Positions 50,438-64,000 of a stretch of DNA of 64,000 nucleotides are shown here, piece after piece (the stretch's first letter is position 1; the number at the start of each line of letters is the position of its first letter). A model generated the notes under the pieces. It was not told the DNA's origin. It saw nothing but the letters and a program-made list of their open reading frames with translations, and ran no database searches. A program made the translations under genes and the position numbers. Source of the DNA: Tubiluchus corallicola (taxonomy: Eukaryota; Animalia; Priapulida); assembly GCA_030141605.1 (NCBI GenBank), contig JAQGDQ010000329.1, positions 186,001-250,000 of the forward strand, written 5' to 3'.

Positions 50438-52528
50438 CTTAACTTTGCCAGCTCAGTGGCATTGATATTGCTGCTTTTGTAAAATTAATCAATGTCCCAT
50501 TCACTTTGTTGTAATAATTGCAATGTGCAATCACATAACTATATGGAGTTATTAGAGTTTTAGAATTCATTGTACAATTATGGGCTATGCTACTAGATGC
50601 ATTTAGAAGTCACTTTTTTATTGGAGACCTTTCTATTATAAAACTTTCTTAAACAAGAACAAATAAGTATTACGCAGTTAATGTAATTATGTGTGAGAAG
50701 CTCCATTAGCCTAGACGTGCATCTTGTATTTAAAGTACAAAGTGTATAAGTGCATGTCTGTAATAAATGACTAGAAAAAATAATTTTTTTATTTTGTCAC
50801 ATGGTGTTGCACACTGTTCACTACTTAATTCTCAGTCTTTATGAGTCATCCAGTGTTACATGCATTATTGCAGCTAGATTGTGCTTGATACTTCATCCTT
50901 TTACCTTAGTGTATGTGACAGATTGAAAATTTTTATCAACAATCTAGTCAGGTTTGATTTGGGATTAACATTCCAGTCTCTTGCTCTCCGAAGATCTATT
51001 GCCTCATTAAGCCTGTTTTAGCGCTACTTTTTTAGGAGGTCATAATGAGGATCTCTCCCTATTAGTTCCTGAATCATGGTTTGCTTGGAGTACTCGGTCT
51101 TTTCATAATTTTAGCCTTCCCATTTCTAGTTGCAAAACAGCTGGTTATTTTAGTTCAGCGCATTCAGCATGGAAAGCTATGACAACATATTGATGGTTAT
51201 AAAATAATTATGATTTTCTAAAATAAGATACTGAATGGACTATGATTTTCCCATTTTCGGATGTTTATTCATCCTCCTCTGACGAGACAAATAGCCTAGA
51301 AGTGATTTTCCATGGTATCATACATCCATTTACAACCACACCCAGTGTAGCTTACATTTCTACGTCAACCGTTAATTTTATTCCCTCACCTATTAACTTC
51401 AGCAGTCATATATATTAATAACTTGCTTGACTCAGACTGAAAGGTGGAATAAGTTGACAGGCATTATATCTCGTGTTTATGTAAAGAAGTGGAAGAAGAT
51501 GTCTAACATGACTCATTTTGCTTAATGTCATCCAAACTAACAGCATTTGAAACAACATGTGCACTTTTTTGCAAGTGAGTATAAAAGTGGTATGATCCAT
51601 TAGCTATGTGAAGAATTAACAAAACATTTTCTCTAACAGCAATTAGTTGATTTTTTACTCCATAATAAAAAACTAAAAAAACTCCACCTAATAACTTGTG
51701 TTGAGCAAATCACAATAAAAATATTAAAAAATAATGTGTAGGTTGAAATTAATTTAATTTGCAAATTAATTTAGTATTACCACTAGGTTGTAAACAATTG
51801 AGATTTATAGACTTGGGTGAACATTCTTGACAATAGCTAATGATGGGTAAACTTGGAATTAATGAAAAACATTGAATTATAAAGTCGCCGAAGCTGTCTG
51901 GAAAACCAGATACAACAGGTGTCTTGAGTTTTTCAAAAGTCCGGCATTGAGATTTTACAAGAGGGTTCACATTTATTTCCTAATCAAATTTACATTAAAC
52001 TTTCAGTGTGAAAGCTTGGAAAGCTGCTGTGGGAAACGTAATTATGAAATCTTACTGCATTTCACAACAAAACATGCACAGCCTACATTGCATGTAAACA
52101 CCAATCATAAGGTTTGCAAAATTTGACTAGAATTGATATGTTACTAAGAATCTTCTCACACCATTTGCACCATTTATTACATACACCTGCATACACATCA
52201 AGCTCAAGTTACATTTATACTTACTCACATATACATGTACTAGATTTCAAAAATATATTTACACGTCAAAACTTTATGTAACAGTAGTATAAATCATCCT
52301 TATATATCACTTGTTTACTGCACCTCTTTGTGTTTATACTTTAGTGTGAAACAGTGAGCTGTATGATTGAAATCTGTGAGACAGTTCTATGCAGCCGACT
52401 TTGAAACATTTTACATTGCATGCAACAGTATAAAGCACAATAGCATAAAATTTGGATTGTAAATATGCATCCCTTACTTATTCAACAAATTATTTTAAGA
52501 GACCAGTGAATGCTAATCATCATCAATG

Positions 52529-54624
52529 CTAATAAATGAATTTTTCGAAAAGCTTTGGCGTAGCTTCCTCAACATTTGAATCTGTGGCTATCCTTTTGTA
52601 TTTTCTTTTGTTTGGTCTATTTGGCTGTCCTTCTATGCAATAACCCATAATCTAAAAACAATATTCTTATTGTCACAGGCTTTACTCGCCAATTAAATAA
52701 TATCTAATATACGAGTATTAACGTTGAGAATTAAGGCCAAGTGAAAAAGTCAGAATGAAGGGAGGGCTGTTAAAAAGTCTTTAAGTAGCATCTATATAAC
52801 ACTAAATTTTTATTTAAATACAGCAAAAAGTTGACACTTAATTATAGGATTCTAATTTGTAAGTTGTCAGAATGCAAAAATGAATCTTACCTGTAATCTT
52901 TTGTGATAAACAATGTATGCTACTATTATAATAGTAGTCCCTGCAAGAAAATATCCTATGAAGTGCTGCCCCTTCACATGGTTGATCACAGACTGTACCA
53001 CTCTCTGTTTGCCTGTTGAAAGAAAAGACCCAAACTTATTTTTGAAACTTTTGGCAGTTTTTTGTGTTTGCTCAACATTGCTTTCAAGAGAAAATTTAAA
53101 TTTATCAGTTTTGTTGACAAAGGGCATTAAATTTTTTAGCTTTAAGGCCAACAATTAATTCCAAAAAAAATTCTGTTGCAAATGTCACTTGTGTCACATC
53201 CATACTTATGGTACTTATTAGTGTCTTGTGTGTCAACTAAAGTGGTATAAGACTCTTAGAATTCATTGTTGATTAGCCATATGTGGATTTTCATATAATG
53301 TATAAAACTCAGAAAAGTGTGCGCTGATTTAACTGATTGGAAACATGTCCTGTAGGAAGACTGGCAATTTTGGTTTTTTATCTTGTCCACAGAATTTAGT
53401 AAAGCATCTTAATATATTGCCTATTAACATTCCGTTGTGATCAGTCAGCAAATTGACAGGAAGGAACTAAGAATGACTTCAGCTTATGCATTCTACCTTC
53501 TGTCAAAGTATTGACAATACTGGTCATGAATAACATCCTGTAGTGTATTTTTTGTTTGTAATAAACAAATGCAGTGATCTTCAACTTTAAGTTTAAATTT
53601 TACCTGAAGTATTTTCACTGTTATCGCTATCTGGTTCATCTGTGGTACCTGCTTTTTTGTCCTTGGTTCGGTCGTTATTTCTGTTGTTGATTTGCTCTGC
53701 ACTGCCTTTATTTACTTGCTGCATATTTTGTGGCTCTGGCATTTTGTTGTCGGTGTTCTCGGCACCCACTGTAGGAGTACTGTTAGACATGTCATCACCT
53801 TTGTGTATGTCACTCTGTATTGTGCTTGTATTTGAAGTTTCCTTTTCATCAGCTACGGGTTCAGCAGTGGTATTTGGTGTATGTGGTAAGGCTGAAGTGC
53901 TGCTCTTCTCAGGCTTACTGGATGTTGAAGTTGTTTTCTCATTGTTTTCATTTTTGGTTGTAACAGACACCAACTTTTCTGTCACTTCCTCTTTCTTATC
54001 AGGACTGCCATCTTTGCTACTTACTGTGCTTTCTGAAATGCCATTTCTGCTCTTATCAGATTCAGCAATTTGTTTTGCCAAACTTGCGAGTTCAACTTCA
54101 GCTTTGCGCCCATCTGCATAGCTAAGAACTATCTTGGCCTCTACGGGAGATGGGTCTTCTGTAAAAAACAGAAAAACAAAACCTTCTCTACTGGGACGTA
54201 TGAAAACCTTCACATTTATAATATTTATACAATTCTTTTGATAATAAAAGTTCACATTGTATACATAAAATATTGAGATGTTTTTTACAATTGTTTTAAT
54301 GGTGCTGCAGCCCCAAAGGAATAAAATTTCGGAGGGATTTTTTATGTATTTACTCACGTTTTCCAGCTGCATTTTGGTTCCTAGAAATAGCAGACGTGGA
54401 TTGAACTTCATTTTGGTTGCCATAGAATCCAGCAGTCTGTAAATTCTTGTAATTTCTTTCCTGACCTTCATATTCGTTATATTTCTTAGCAGGGTGATGA
54501 TTATTTAGATATCCCGGTTGGTCATTAATTTGGCTACCTTGATAATCGTTTATGTAGAATTGTTGCTGAGGAGACTCAGTTATATAGCTATTTCTATTTC
54601 TGTGTTGAATGTTACGCTGAAAAC
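52529..54624 (-). CDS. TGN38/TGOLN2-KCT2(C5orf15)-family type I membrane protein, paralog B; first exon(s) not resolved
   Basis: Phase-consistent exons 54624-54358, 54158-53604 (S/T/E/K-rich lumenal region), 53012-52891 (HFIGYFLAGTTIIIVAYIVYHKRLQ, TM helix) and 52651-52529 (IMGYCIEGQPNRPNKRKYKRIATDSNVEEATPKLFEKFIY*). This resembles the HFFAY...YHNKRKII...EG...YQRL...NVNEAMP...YIF pattern of TGN38/KCT2. A possible upstream exon lies at 55502-55437 (GVGLTVVNAQGRFHQQQPQYTN). Confidence 0.75.
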
Positions 54625-56378
54625 CTACAAAAAACATGCAGGTTTAGCTAGGTTAGAAATGACATGACCCTATCATGGCAAAATGGGCATTGAAATAAGG
54701 AATTCCTGTCTCTTTATGAATATTTAGCATGTTATAAAAACTTGTTGCCAATAATCACGAGAGCCAGCTGAAGTAAGTCTAGGATGGGTCCTGTACCAAG
54801 TGAGCCATGAGGTTTTCCAGGCTATAGTATGGAGATCCACGTCCTAATTATTTGAGACTAAATAAGCTTGCCAGTGTTTTACCCCGTACTTTTTGGAGAA
54901 ATTATTAACTTCTTTCATGGTACTCGCAGGTCTCGAGTAGTACAGGACCAATAATAACAGATTTGTCAAAAATTTTGTGTCTGCCATGATGCGCCGACAG
55001 GACTCAAAAACCAAATCATTCCAAAGAAATGACTTTTATATGTAGCTTACAGCACGGCAAGCTTCAAAATTATCGCTAAAGAATATTCAGAAGTGGCTTT
55101 AAATTTATTGAAATTAAACTATTTACATTATCTGATCTGCCAGTCGGTCACCCGATACTAACAATATTACATGATTTTACCAAAGGATCGATATAGCCTA
55201 TTTTCACAAAGCGTTTCGCCAAACTGTGTGAGACAATACTAACTCACGCACACACAAACAGGCACTTACGCACGCACGGACACACACATTTGGTACAGCG
55301 TTAAGCTACGACTCCACGTGCGCGTAATGCGTGATACCGAACGTCTGAATACGCATTACGCGCACGCGAGTCCTAGCTTAAACCAAGATAGAGAGAGCGA
55401 GCCTAAGAATGGAGTAATGAAAAAAATTCTAGATACCGTTCGTATATTGTGGCTGCTGCTGATGAAAGCGCCCTTGTGCGTTAACTACTGTCAATCCCAC
55501 TCCTAACAAAAACAACAAAAACACTTGCATTTTAAACACTAAACCTGCCCCCAAATACTTGCTCACAAACTGTATTGCCAACTCACACATTATGTAAGAA
55601 AACTTAATAATTCAAAACCGGTCACGATTCTGAGTGGGTTAATGCATTCAGTAACGCTTGAAAAGCTAGGTCATTAGCACTTGGCTGCTATACGTGTTCA
55701 GGAAGCTATACAGTGCGCACCATTAAAATATACGAAATATACGCACCCTAACTAGATAGGCATATTTTAGCACTCACAGTTCGATCTTAGATTTGGGGTA
55801 GTAACATAATGCGCCTGATAGATATACGGGATGTCAAAATATTTTGACAGATATTAGAAGTTTTTGTATCCCTATACGATAGCTAGTTCTTGGTCATGTG
55901 CCTTCGTCGTGAAGAAAACTTCTTGAAAGGCAATATTTTGCACTTGAGATTGGCAGTCGAGGTTTCATTTCGAATACCAATCAGAAGAGTTTAAAACGTT
56001 TCATAAATTTATAGCATAACACATGAAGTTTAAAGATTTCAAACAGAAAGCTGCAATTGTCATATTTTATTATTTTTAAATCCAAAAACCGGACTTTTGT
56101 GAATCCAACATTTTTAGTCCCGTAGATGTTTTAGGCCTGTGTTTCAATTTGATTTTACTATATTATTATTGCAACAATTTTAGATAATATACAACTTTTT
56201 TATAATGTTTAAAACAACTTATATTTGTATTGAATTATTTTATCTTGAAATTTGCATGTACTTAATTCTGTACTTTTTAATTTATTTTACGCACCATTTT
56301 TTCAGACTAAATGTCGGCGCGAAATATAATAATTATTACTATTATTTCAAAAATGCTTGATAATTGCAGTAAAACTGT

Positions 56379-57224
56379 AATTCACTAACGCTGAAAATTT
56401 GTTTTCATGAATTTTAGCTAGAAAGGGCTAGGGTATTAATAGTTACAGTATTAGAAAGTTGTTACTAGCAGCTAATTCAAGAAAATGCTGCGATATTTAC
56501 TAGTGACCAGCATATAAGTAGTGTCGAAAATTATAAAATCTGAGAAATACGATAAGATGGAGCACGCTTTGATGTACGGCATGCCGGCAGAGTTGCAAAA
56601 AATTGTACAGAATTTCTCAGAAAAGAAATGAGCGTGTGCTTTAGCTATGGTACAAAATATTTGCAATCACTTTTGGTGGGGGTTCGTCGATATAAAATGG
56701 TGATGCCGATGATTTAGTGAAACGCTTCCAATCTGTTCTTCAACACTATTTTAATAGGTCTGCCTGATATGATGAAGCTTCGACTTAGCAACATTGTAAT
56801 CAATTCACTAACGCTGAAAATTTGTTTTCATGAATTTTAGCTAGAAAGGGCTAGGGTATTAATAGTTACAGTATTAGAAAGTTGTTACTAGCAGCTAATT
56901 CAAGAAAATGCTGCGATATTTACTAGTGACCAGCATATAAGTAGTGTCGAAAATTATAAAATCTGAGAAATACGATAAGATGGAGCACGCTTTGATGTAC
57001 GGCATGCCGGCAGAGTTGCAAAAAATTGTACAGAATTTCTCAGAAAAGAAATGAGCGTGTGCTTTAGCTATGGTACAAAATATTTGCAATCACTTTTGGT
57101 GGGGGTTCGTCGATATAAAATGGTGATGCCGATGATTTAGTGAAACGCTTCCAATCTGTTCTTCAACACTATTTTAATAGGTCTGCCTGATATGATGAAG
57201 CTTCGACTTAGCAACATTGTAATC
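56379..57224. repeat. Apparently exact 423-bp tandem duplication (56379-56801 and 56802-57224)
   Basis: I saw no differences between the copies, and the ORF track shows two identical 64-aa ORFs 423 nt apart. Confidence 0.95.
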
Positions 57225-58834
57225 ATAAGGAGATTACATCGAAGAAAAAAGAGAAAATTTTGTTTCATGCGAACAGCGAGTGTTACGAAAAGCTTTCAAG
57301 GGTACTGAGTACTTTCAAAACTCACTAAAGTAATTAGAAAATTGCGTTTTTTATTCATATGTCTGCACTTGAAATGTTTCATTATGTTTTACTAAAGCAA
57401 GCACCAAAGAGACTTTATCCCCCTCTTAGAAAACAAGTTAGCGAGAATTTAGCCAACATTGACTGATGAAAATGTCAACATGAGTCATGTTCTCCTTCTA
57501 GGATATCGTTAACCATCGTACAGAAAAACAACAAAAAGGTTCCACGAAAGAAATGTCTATGAAAGAAAAGATTACAGCTGGCGCAGAATGTTACTTTGTG
57601 AAATTTTCAGACGCTATTATATTTAGTGTTTGTGAAATTTGGGCGATTAAAGTGTTTTTATTTTCCACAGTTTTAAAACAAGGAAGTTAAAAAAATAAGC
57701 TGAAGTTTAATAAAAAAAACTGACTACTTCCTAGCTTAACATGTTCAATTTTTGTGATACAGCTGAAAACTTCTGATACAGTAGCGTTTTGTTTGTTTTT
57801 CGCATACGCGCGTTTTGTGAAAAGCGTTAGAGATACCATTGACGTCAATCGAAAACTAAAACAGCTTATTTCTGCATGTAGAAATTGCTTGTCAATTTTA
57901 AATATGATATAGTTATCCGCTTATAATCAATAATGCGCGAACATTCTACAAGTGTTCATTTATTTATCTAACTCAAAGCTAACAACAGCTTTTACAGAAG
58001 CAAAATTATAGACCGAGTACAATAGCTGGCGTCAGAAAATAATGGCTTTGCGTCAGCAGTTTTGTAAGCTATAATCTTCCGAAACCGAACCTCTGAGCAA
58101 CTCGTCATCGCTCCTCTTGGTGACGGCGACTCCAAAAGGGACGTTTTTGTTACAGGCTGTTCTGTCACAATTTTGAAAAAGTGTAGTTAGGTCCGTGAAA
58201 GCGTCCTTTAAGTGACACCATGGCCCTCCCGCCAATTCTAAATATGCCTACTATACACACACCGTTGAATGGGCTATCTAACCAATACCAGCACTCCCCT
58301 CAGCCCATTGCCGATTACTAGAAAAAGAGGCATAGGTTTTGCGAAAATGAGTGAGAAACGGCTATTTTTGGAAGTTTTTCGCCCCCGTTCCTATCAATGA
58401 GACGACATTAGATCTTGAATAGATTTTGCAAACTAAGAAGAGTTTGCTCATCTATTGATGAAGTGGATCTAGTGGAATCACAGGAATCACTACAGCTAGA
58501 CCTTTCGTTACCAACCTGATTGAACCTTTCCCATATTAAAAGTAACAAGGGGAGTCTTAGCTCACACTAACTTGTGTTAGTATTAATTAGCTGTTAGTTT
58601 ATATGATGACTTTAATCAGTAGCTGGGGGGGGGGAGGTATTCGTATTGTAATAGCTTTGCTAGAGTGTGCTTTATCGCTTAGGCAGAGACTGATTTTCGA
58701 AGTTTTGACAAGGAACAAAGAAACAGCAACTAAAATGTGACTACAAACAAATATCACAGTGTATTTTTTTATTAACACATCAACAACTCATTAAGCTTGC
58801 AAAATTTAAGCAAGTGTAACTTTGTAAAACTAAC

Positions 58835-59110
58835 GGCGCATTCAAACTGGCGAGTTTTCTGTCTGACACCAACCTTGGAAGTGTGAACTATTTTGACTGT
58901 TGGCAAGCTATTGCAAACTCTCCGACAGTTGAGTTACTATCTAGTGTGAATACTTCAGCGAGTTACTCTGGACACTTCTCGCAGTAAATACAGAGTGTCA
59001 GCTGACGCTTACTGTCGGATAGCAGCTTGTAACAAGTTTTGCTCTATAGTCTGAACACGCTTGCAAAGTTAATGGCAAGAAAACTCACTAGTCTGAACAC
59101 TGAACGCGCC
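58835..59110. mobile_element. PIF/Harbinger-like MITE
   Basis: Termini GGCGCATTCA...TGAACGCGCC with subterminal inverted CTGGCGAGTTTTCT / AGAAAACTCACTAG and TAA next to both ends. The TIR is related to that of the 38704 element. Confidence 0.55.
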
Positions 59111-59739
59111 ATAACACAATGGCAGCTAAAACATGTTCGCTGTAAATAAATGTATAAAAATGTTCTAATGAATGTATTCTATTGCATATACTATTTTGCG
59201 TCTTGTTTAATCAAATCTGTTTGCTTGGGGTAATGTAAATCACAAAAAGGTGTGTCTACTCAGTTTTTAATTCAGTTCATAGCACATTTGTATTTCACTA
59301 CTCTTGGTAAACAAAGGGCCAAACAGAGCAAACTTCTTTACATCTTATAATTCAAAAACTTATTTACTTGAAATCTTAATAAAATGCCACTTTCAGTTTT
59401 TTTAAATGATGGTGACTGCATGTACGAGGGGAAAAAGGGGGAATTTTAAAATATCTCCTAAAAAACTTTCCATACAAAGTTATATTAGTTTGCATTGTGC
59501 TTACCTGTTCTAAAGACTTATATAACTAGAAAAAACTTAGTTATTTAAAATGTTTGTGCCAGCTGGTAGATGTCACTGATTCACTTTCCCAGTGTGCACC
59601 ACTGAGTCACCAAAAAACATATTATTAACATTACTAACAAGATAAAGCAATTTATATTTATACTTTTGCTTAGTTAGTAAAGTGTGCCCTACAAATGCTA
59701 TGATTATTTTCTTAAACTTTACTCAATTTTATCTAAACT

Positions 59740-59920
59740 AGTTTCAAACGACCTACCATCAAAATGGCTGCTCCTAACAGTCATTGCGAGAGATTAAATT
59801 TTCACGTTTTATACAGTACTGCTGTTAACACAAGCTCTTCGAGCAATAAGGCAGTATATAAGTGACACAAAATTTCAAGATGAATTTCTCTAGCTTTATG
59901 TAAGTAAATGGTTTTCTTGT
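59740..59920 (+). repeat. Dispersed repeat shared with about 44880-45080
   Basis: Both copies read ttcaaacgac....aaaatggctgc.cctaa..gtcat...ttatac...aaatttcaag...aatttct..agctt...tttcttgt. Confidence 0.55.
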
Positions 59921-60654
59921 TCTGTTAACAAATACAATTGTTACGTGTGGAAACTTTACTGATGCCATCAAAACCAGAATGTCACAATGTAAATGCAATA
60001 ATAACTTAGCTGCAGCGAGCCATCACATCATTTTATACACCATTATATTTTTTACAGTGACGCCAAGTACACAAATACTTTAATAAAAAAATAAATTACA
60101 GCAAATATGAATGAATTATTGCAGTGTTTTACACAAGCGCACTATATGCTGAGGTGACCATACAGAGCACAAAATATACATAATGACCTCACAGTTTTAT
60201 AACTAATTAAAAGGCACAATGGCTATGAACTACATACTCTGCATTTGGGCCATCTGATTCAAAGCCAAGTTACGTAGAAAAGTAATGCAAGTTACGCTCT
60301 AGCATAAAATCATTTATATATTTACTGAAAAACTTGGATAGTTGTTCAAAGTCAACACTTAACATTATCATGCATGGGTCTTTGGAAAAAGTTTGACAGA
60401 GTGACCATTTTCAAGCTTGTACTTAACTATATTAATCACAAAAACGATAATACAGTGCACAACAGAAAAGCAAACTCGATTTACAAGTATAATGGCAATG
60501 TCATACATTACTATCATATTTAGCAAAAGATAAAACAGTTTATAGTTTTATAAATTCACACTTTTAAGCGCATTTGGCTATTTGGAAATCACAAAATTAC
60601 TTTCTGCACAATTTATGTTATGAGTTCGCAAGGGTAAATAATAAAATAATGCTA

Positions 60655-60808
60655 CACCTCGTTATAATGCCAACCTCATTTAATGCCCAAATTTTTAGCA
60701 AAACAAAAATATTTGTATTTGCATAAACACGTATGCATTAATGCAAAACTCGTCTAATTACTGCCAACTTTTTTGTAGTGCCTACTCAGGCTGTATAAAG
60801 AGGTTTGA
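60655..60808 (+). mobile_element. ~190-bp MITE family, copy 2 (partial)
   Basis: acctcgttataatgccaacctcatttaatgcccaaattttt...tatttgcataaacacgtatgcattaat; homologous to the 30303 and 62281 copies. Confidence 0.65.
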
Positions 60809-61245
60809 GGATCTAAGAATTTTGTTGACAACCCACTGATAGTTACTTGCACCCAAAGCAAAAGTTATTACGTTACCAATGAAATCTGGGTGTAGCGAGT
60901 TCAGTACACACAAAAGCTACTGCTATTGTACTACTGTTCAAGCAAAAGCAAAAAGGTGGAGAAAAGAACCCTGCCCAAAAGGCTGTCACACCTCACCTTC
61001 AACACTAATCAAATAACATCATAATGCTCATGTCACACTTTACAAGCTTAAAAATTCACAAAATTGGCTTTTTACGGCATGATCAAAGCTTGAAATAGTC
61101 TACTAATACAGTTAAAAACACGTTATTTAAAACAATAATCTTAATAAAAAACTCAGTTAAGATATAATGCACAAGCTTGTCAAGTGGCCAACAGTATTTA
61201 CATTTTGGAAATGGAATGTGTGTGAACAGGAAATAAAAATCTTTT

Positions 61246-63599
61246 TCAGTATATATAACCTTCATGAGGAGTTTTTGTTTTCAAACTCTGCATCACATCT
61301 TCTACCTGTTCTTCTACTTTACCATAATGTCTTCGAGAAGGTCGTTTTTCGCCCTTCCTCCGTCCTTCAATAATGACTGCAATTATCTGAAATAAAAGCT
61401 TAATTTCATTGACTTGGGCAATTTTAATTACAAGTAGAAAATTCTAATGTCAGGTAGAGATACAATATTAGTCTTGAAGCCAAATGTTTTTCAGATTTCA
61501 GATTGTCTTGTTGGCACCAGTTTGTATCAGTATTAGTCTGATTCCTATTTCTTGCATATTGCTACAGATTTTGTTCTTGGTCTTAACCTTTACTCTTATT
61601 TACACAAAATGCACTTAATGTTAATTTTAAATGTTAATTATTCATATCACCAGATAGTGCATGAAAAAGTAACATACATGAAAAAGTAACATAATTACGC
61701 AAAAATGTTTTGAATGCAGCATATTTAATAGGTCTGAAACTGCTTTCTAGGAAAAAAGTAATGTCCGTTCCTACTCTCAGAACAGTCTTGATTTTGACAA
61801 TCTTGGTTATAAATGTTAGAGTCTTATTATTGGTCTTGAACATGGGTTTTGGTCTCGACTACTCTTATCTCGACGGTCTTTGTTGCCTTAGTGAACACCA
61901 CAGTACAGTATTTTTTATCTTAAAATGATCTCTTAAATTTCATCTGTGCATTCTTTTGGTATGTCTAAGTTGAATTTAGCACTGAACTGCTGGTGGCACC
62001 TGGTTCGGGCCTGCAGGTACAGAGGTGGAGCAGCCTAATAATGATTTGCACATAACCACAATTAAACAAAGCTGAAGATTTAACTACAAAGAGATTTAAA
62101 TATTACAAGGCCTAAACTAACTATGACAAGATTTTAAACAAATTAAAGAAAAACAGAACAAAGAAATAAAGGCCTATATTTTCTACATTTTTACTTTACA
62201 TCTCTTTGTTTTCAATAGCCTACAGTTGGCATTGCTAGTACTAATTCTGCCACAACATTAGCTAAATGTGTTTTTATGAACAGTAAAACCTCATTATAAC
62301 GTCCCCTTTTATAGTGCCTACCTCACTTAATGCCCAATTTTTTGGCAAAACAAAATGTTTATATTTGCATAGATGTGTATGTATTAATACACATCGTTAT
62401 AATGCCAACTTTTTTGCCGTAGCAAACTAGATAGTAAAAAGAAATTTGACTGAATCTGTCTTATTATTACAAACAACAAATAAAGGAATATCAAGTTACA
62501 ATAACAACCTTGTTTTTATTATGGAAGAGAACGTAGCCAAGTATACAGAATGTTACTGCAAAGAGAAAGTATGCCATAAAATGTGTGGTTGGAGGAGAGT
62601 ACGTCATTTGTGTTACATCGTTTTGAACTTGTTCAACTGCAAACAAAAACATTATGAATCATTATGAAATGTCATTGTTTTGAATTGGAAAACTTGTATC
62701 ATTAGGTTTGTTGTCACTGTTTAAGTGTTACGTGAACTATTATCGTAAGCATTATCGTAAACATCACAATAAATTTTAAGTTTTGAAATGCTTCCTAAAA
62801 ACTTTCTGAATTACAGTAAGAGTGTAATGAGAGATCGGGAAACAATAATCCTTGTGTATCTGCACTGCAGAAATGAAATAATATGGCATTTGGATAATTG
62901 ACCTTTAGTTAAAGCAGAACTGACTTCGATGATAATTATTTTGGACACCCAGAATTTCTGACATACTATAACTAATAAAAACATATACAATCTGCACAGT
63001 GTCCAATACATAGCATAACCACTTTCAAAAAATAAAAGCTAGTCGACTAGTTAAACAAGATGTCAAACTACCATCTTTTCTCTAAACATTGTCCTGGTAT
63101 AAAGAAAGCTTATGGGTAAAAATATTTAGATGATTAAACAGAAACAACTGAAAAAATCATTTCTACCAACAAGAGTCACATTTGACTAATTTCAGGCTGT
63201 ACCATGTTTTTTATTTTGTTCTTTCTTTCTTAACTTATTAACTTAATAGTTATATATTCTTAAGAAACAGAATATTTAAAATTTCAAAACCCGTTAAATG
63301 AATAGCAACAACTTACTTGGCACTTCATTCGGCTGTTTTTCTACTCCTGTTCCAGGTTCTTCATTTGCTCCTACAAAAACAAAAAAAACTAATGTTGCAT
63401 ACAAAATGTACCGCTTTTTTAAATTTATAAAATACATAACATAGTTTCTATTTTTAATCTTATTTTTCATTCATTTTGCTTTTTGAGCAATAGCAGCATC
63501 AATGATAACGATAAAACTAACCAGCATTTGGCAAATCTTCAGTATCCCCACCAACGATGTCTTGCTCATCATCTCTTTCTGTTTCTTCTGGGCCATCAT
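61246..63599 (-). CDS. TGN38/TGOLN2-KCT2-family type I membrane protein, paralog A; 3' exons only (5' end probably beyond the window)
   Basis: Exons 63599-63522 (acidic DDGPEETERDDEQD), 63370-63317, 62636-62509 (THFMAYFLFAVTFCILGYVLFHNKNK, TM) and 61386-61246 (IIAVIIEGRRKGEKRPSRRHYGKVEEQVEDVMQSLKTKTPHEGYIY*). Phases are consistent, and HFxAY, HNKxKII and EGRR are the family hallmarks. The TM and tail exons are absent from the ORF track. Confidence 0.8.
62281..62420 (+). mobile_element. ~190-bp MITE family, copy 3 (partial)
   Basis: CAGTAAAACCTCATTATAAC...tatttgcatagatgtgtatgtattaat; homologous to the 30303 and 60655 copies. Confidence 0.65.
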
Positions 63600-64000
63600 C
63601 TGTAAACACGAAACATGAACTATGCCAGGAAATACTGTTATCACCCACAATATGTATATATTCGTTGCTACAAGCAGTACATAATTCAGAAGCAAGCAAT
63701 TTTCATCTTTGGCAAACCAACAACTGAATCTGAGGATTAATGTAAATGTGCCAAATGCAGACCTTTTGTAAAATACCTAGGCATTTTATATAATACCAGT
63801 GCATTTCAGGAGAAGTACGAAGCACATTTTTTGTTGTCACACTTTTCCTAGACATTTTGTGTAATAGGTAGGATCTACATGGAATGCGTAAACTGGTTTT
63901 TGCAAAGTGCAGAGTAAACACAATTCGTGTTGAATTTAACTTTTCCTAGATATTTTATACAATATGTGAAATGACTTGGTCAACATATTAAATTAAGGGG

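Noticed and set aside
50940-51970. Possible decayed LINE reverse-transcriptase fragment on the minus strand
   Set aside because: Only faint motif echoes with many stops; it cannot be supported without a translated search.
53642-54121. 159-aa hydrophobic plus-strand ORF
   Set aside because: It is the antisense shadow of the K/E/T/S-rich exon 54158-53604 of paralog B.
53593-54471. 292-aa ORF as a single-exon protein
   Set aside because: It reads through an intron. Clear splice sites at 54358 (donor), 54158 (acceptor) and 53604 (donor) define the real exons.
56472-57089. Two identical 64-aa ORFs as duplicated small genes
   Set aside because: They are a by-product of the 423-bp tandem duplication, with a non-ATG start and no recognisable motif.

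Overview
AT-rich, intron-rich invertebrate (metazoan) genomic DNA. The 5S-like sequence resembles lophotrochozoan 5S rRNAs as I recall them; this is inference only. I reconstructed spliced genes by hand from splice sites and reading-frame phase. They are: the 3' half of an SLK/STK10 (Slik) kinase gene (+), an intronless MAIP1-like gene (+), EXOSC1/CSL4 (-, 7 exons), FRA10AC1 (+, 13 exons), an intronless SNIP1 coding exon nested on the same strand inside FRA10AC1 intron 3, LANCL3 (+, 5 coding exons), and two tandem TGN38/KCT2-family membrane-protein paralogs (-). The most striking signal is the SNIP1 ORF. It starts 1 nt after a 3' splice site that is exactly in phase with the donor of FRA10AC1 exon 3. 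One promoter and three shared coding exons may therefore make two different spliceosomal proteins by alternative last-exon choice, and the competing FRA10AC1 exon is followed by a U12-like intron. Also notable are a 403-bp 5S rRNA-headed SINE (SINE3-type) with a perfect 14-bp target-site duplication next to the EXOSC1 start, a U12-type donor in EXOSC1, several non-autonomous DNA transposons (hAT, pogo/Tigger, Harbinger-like) and tandem duplications. Homology calls come from remembered protein motifs, not database searches.
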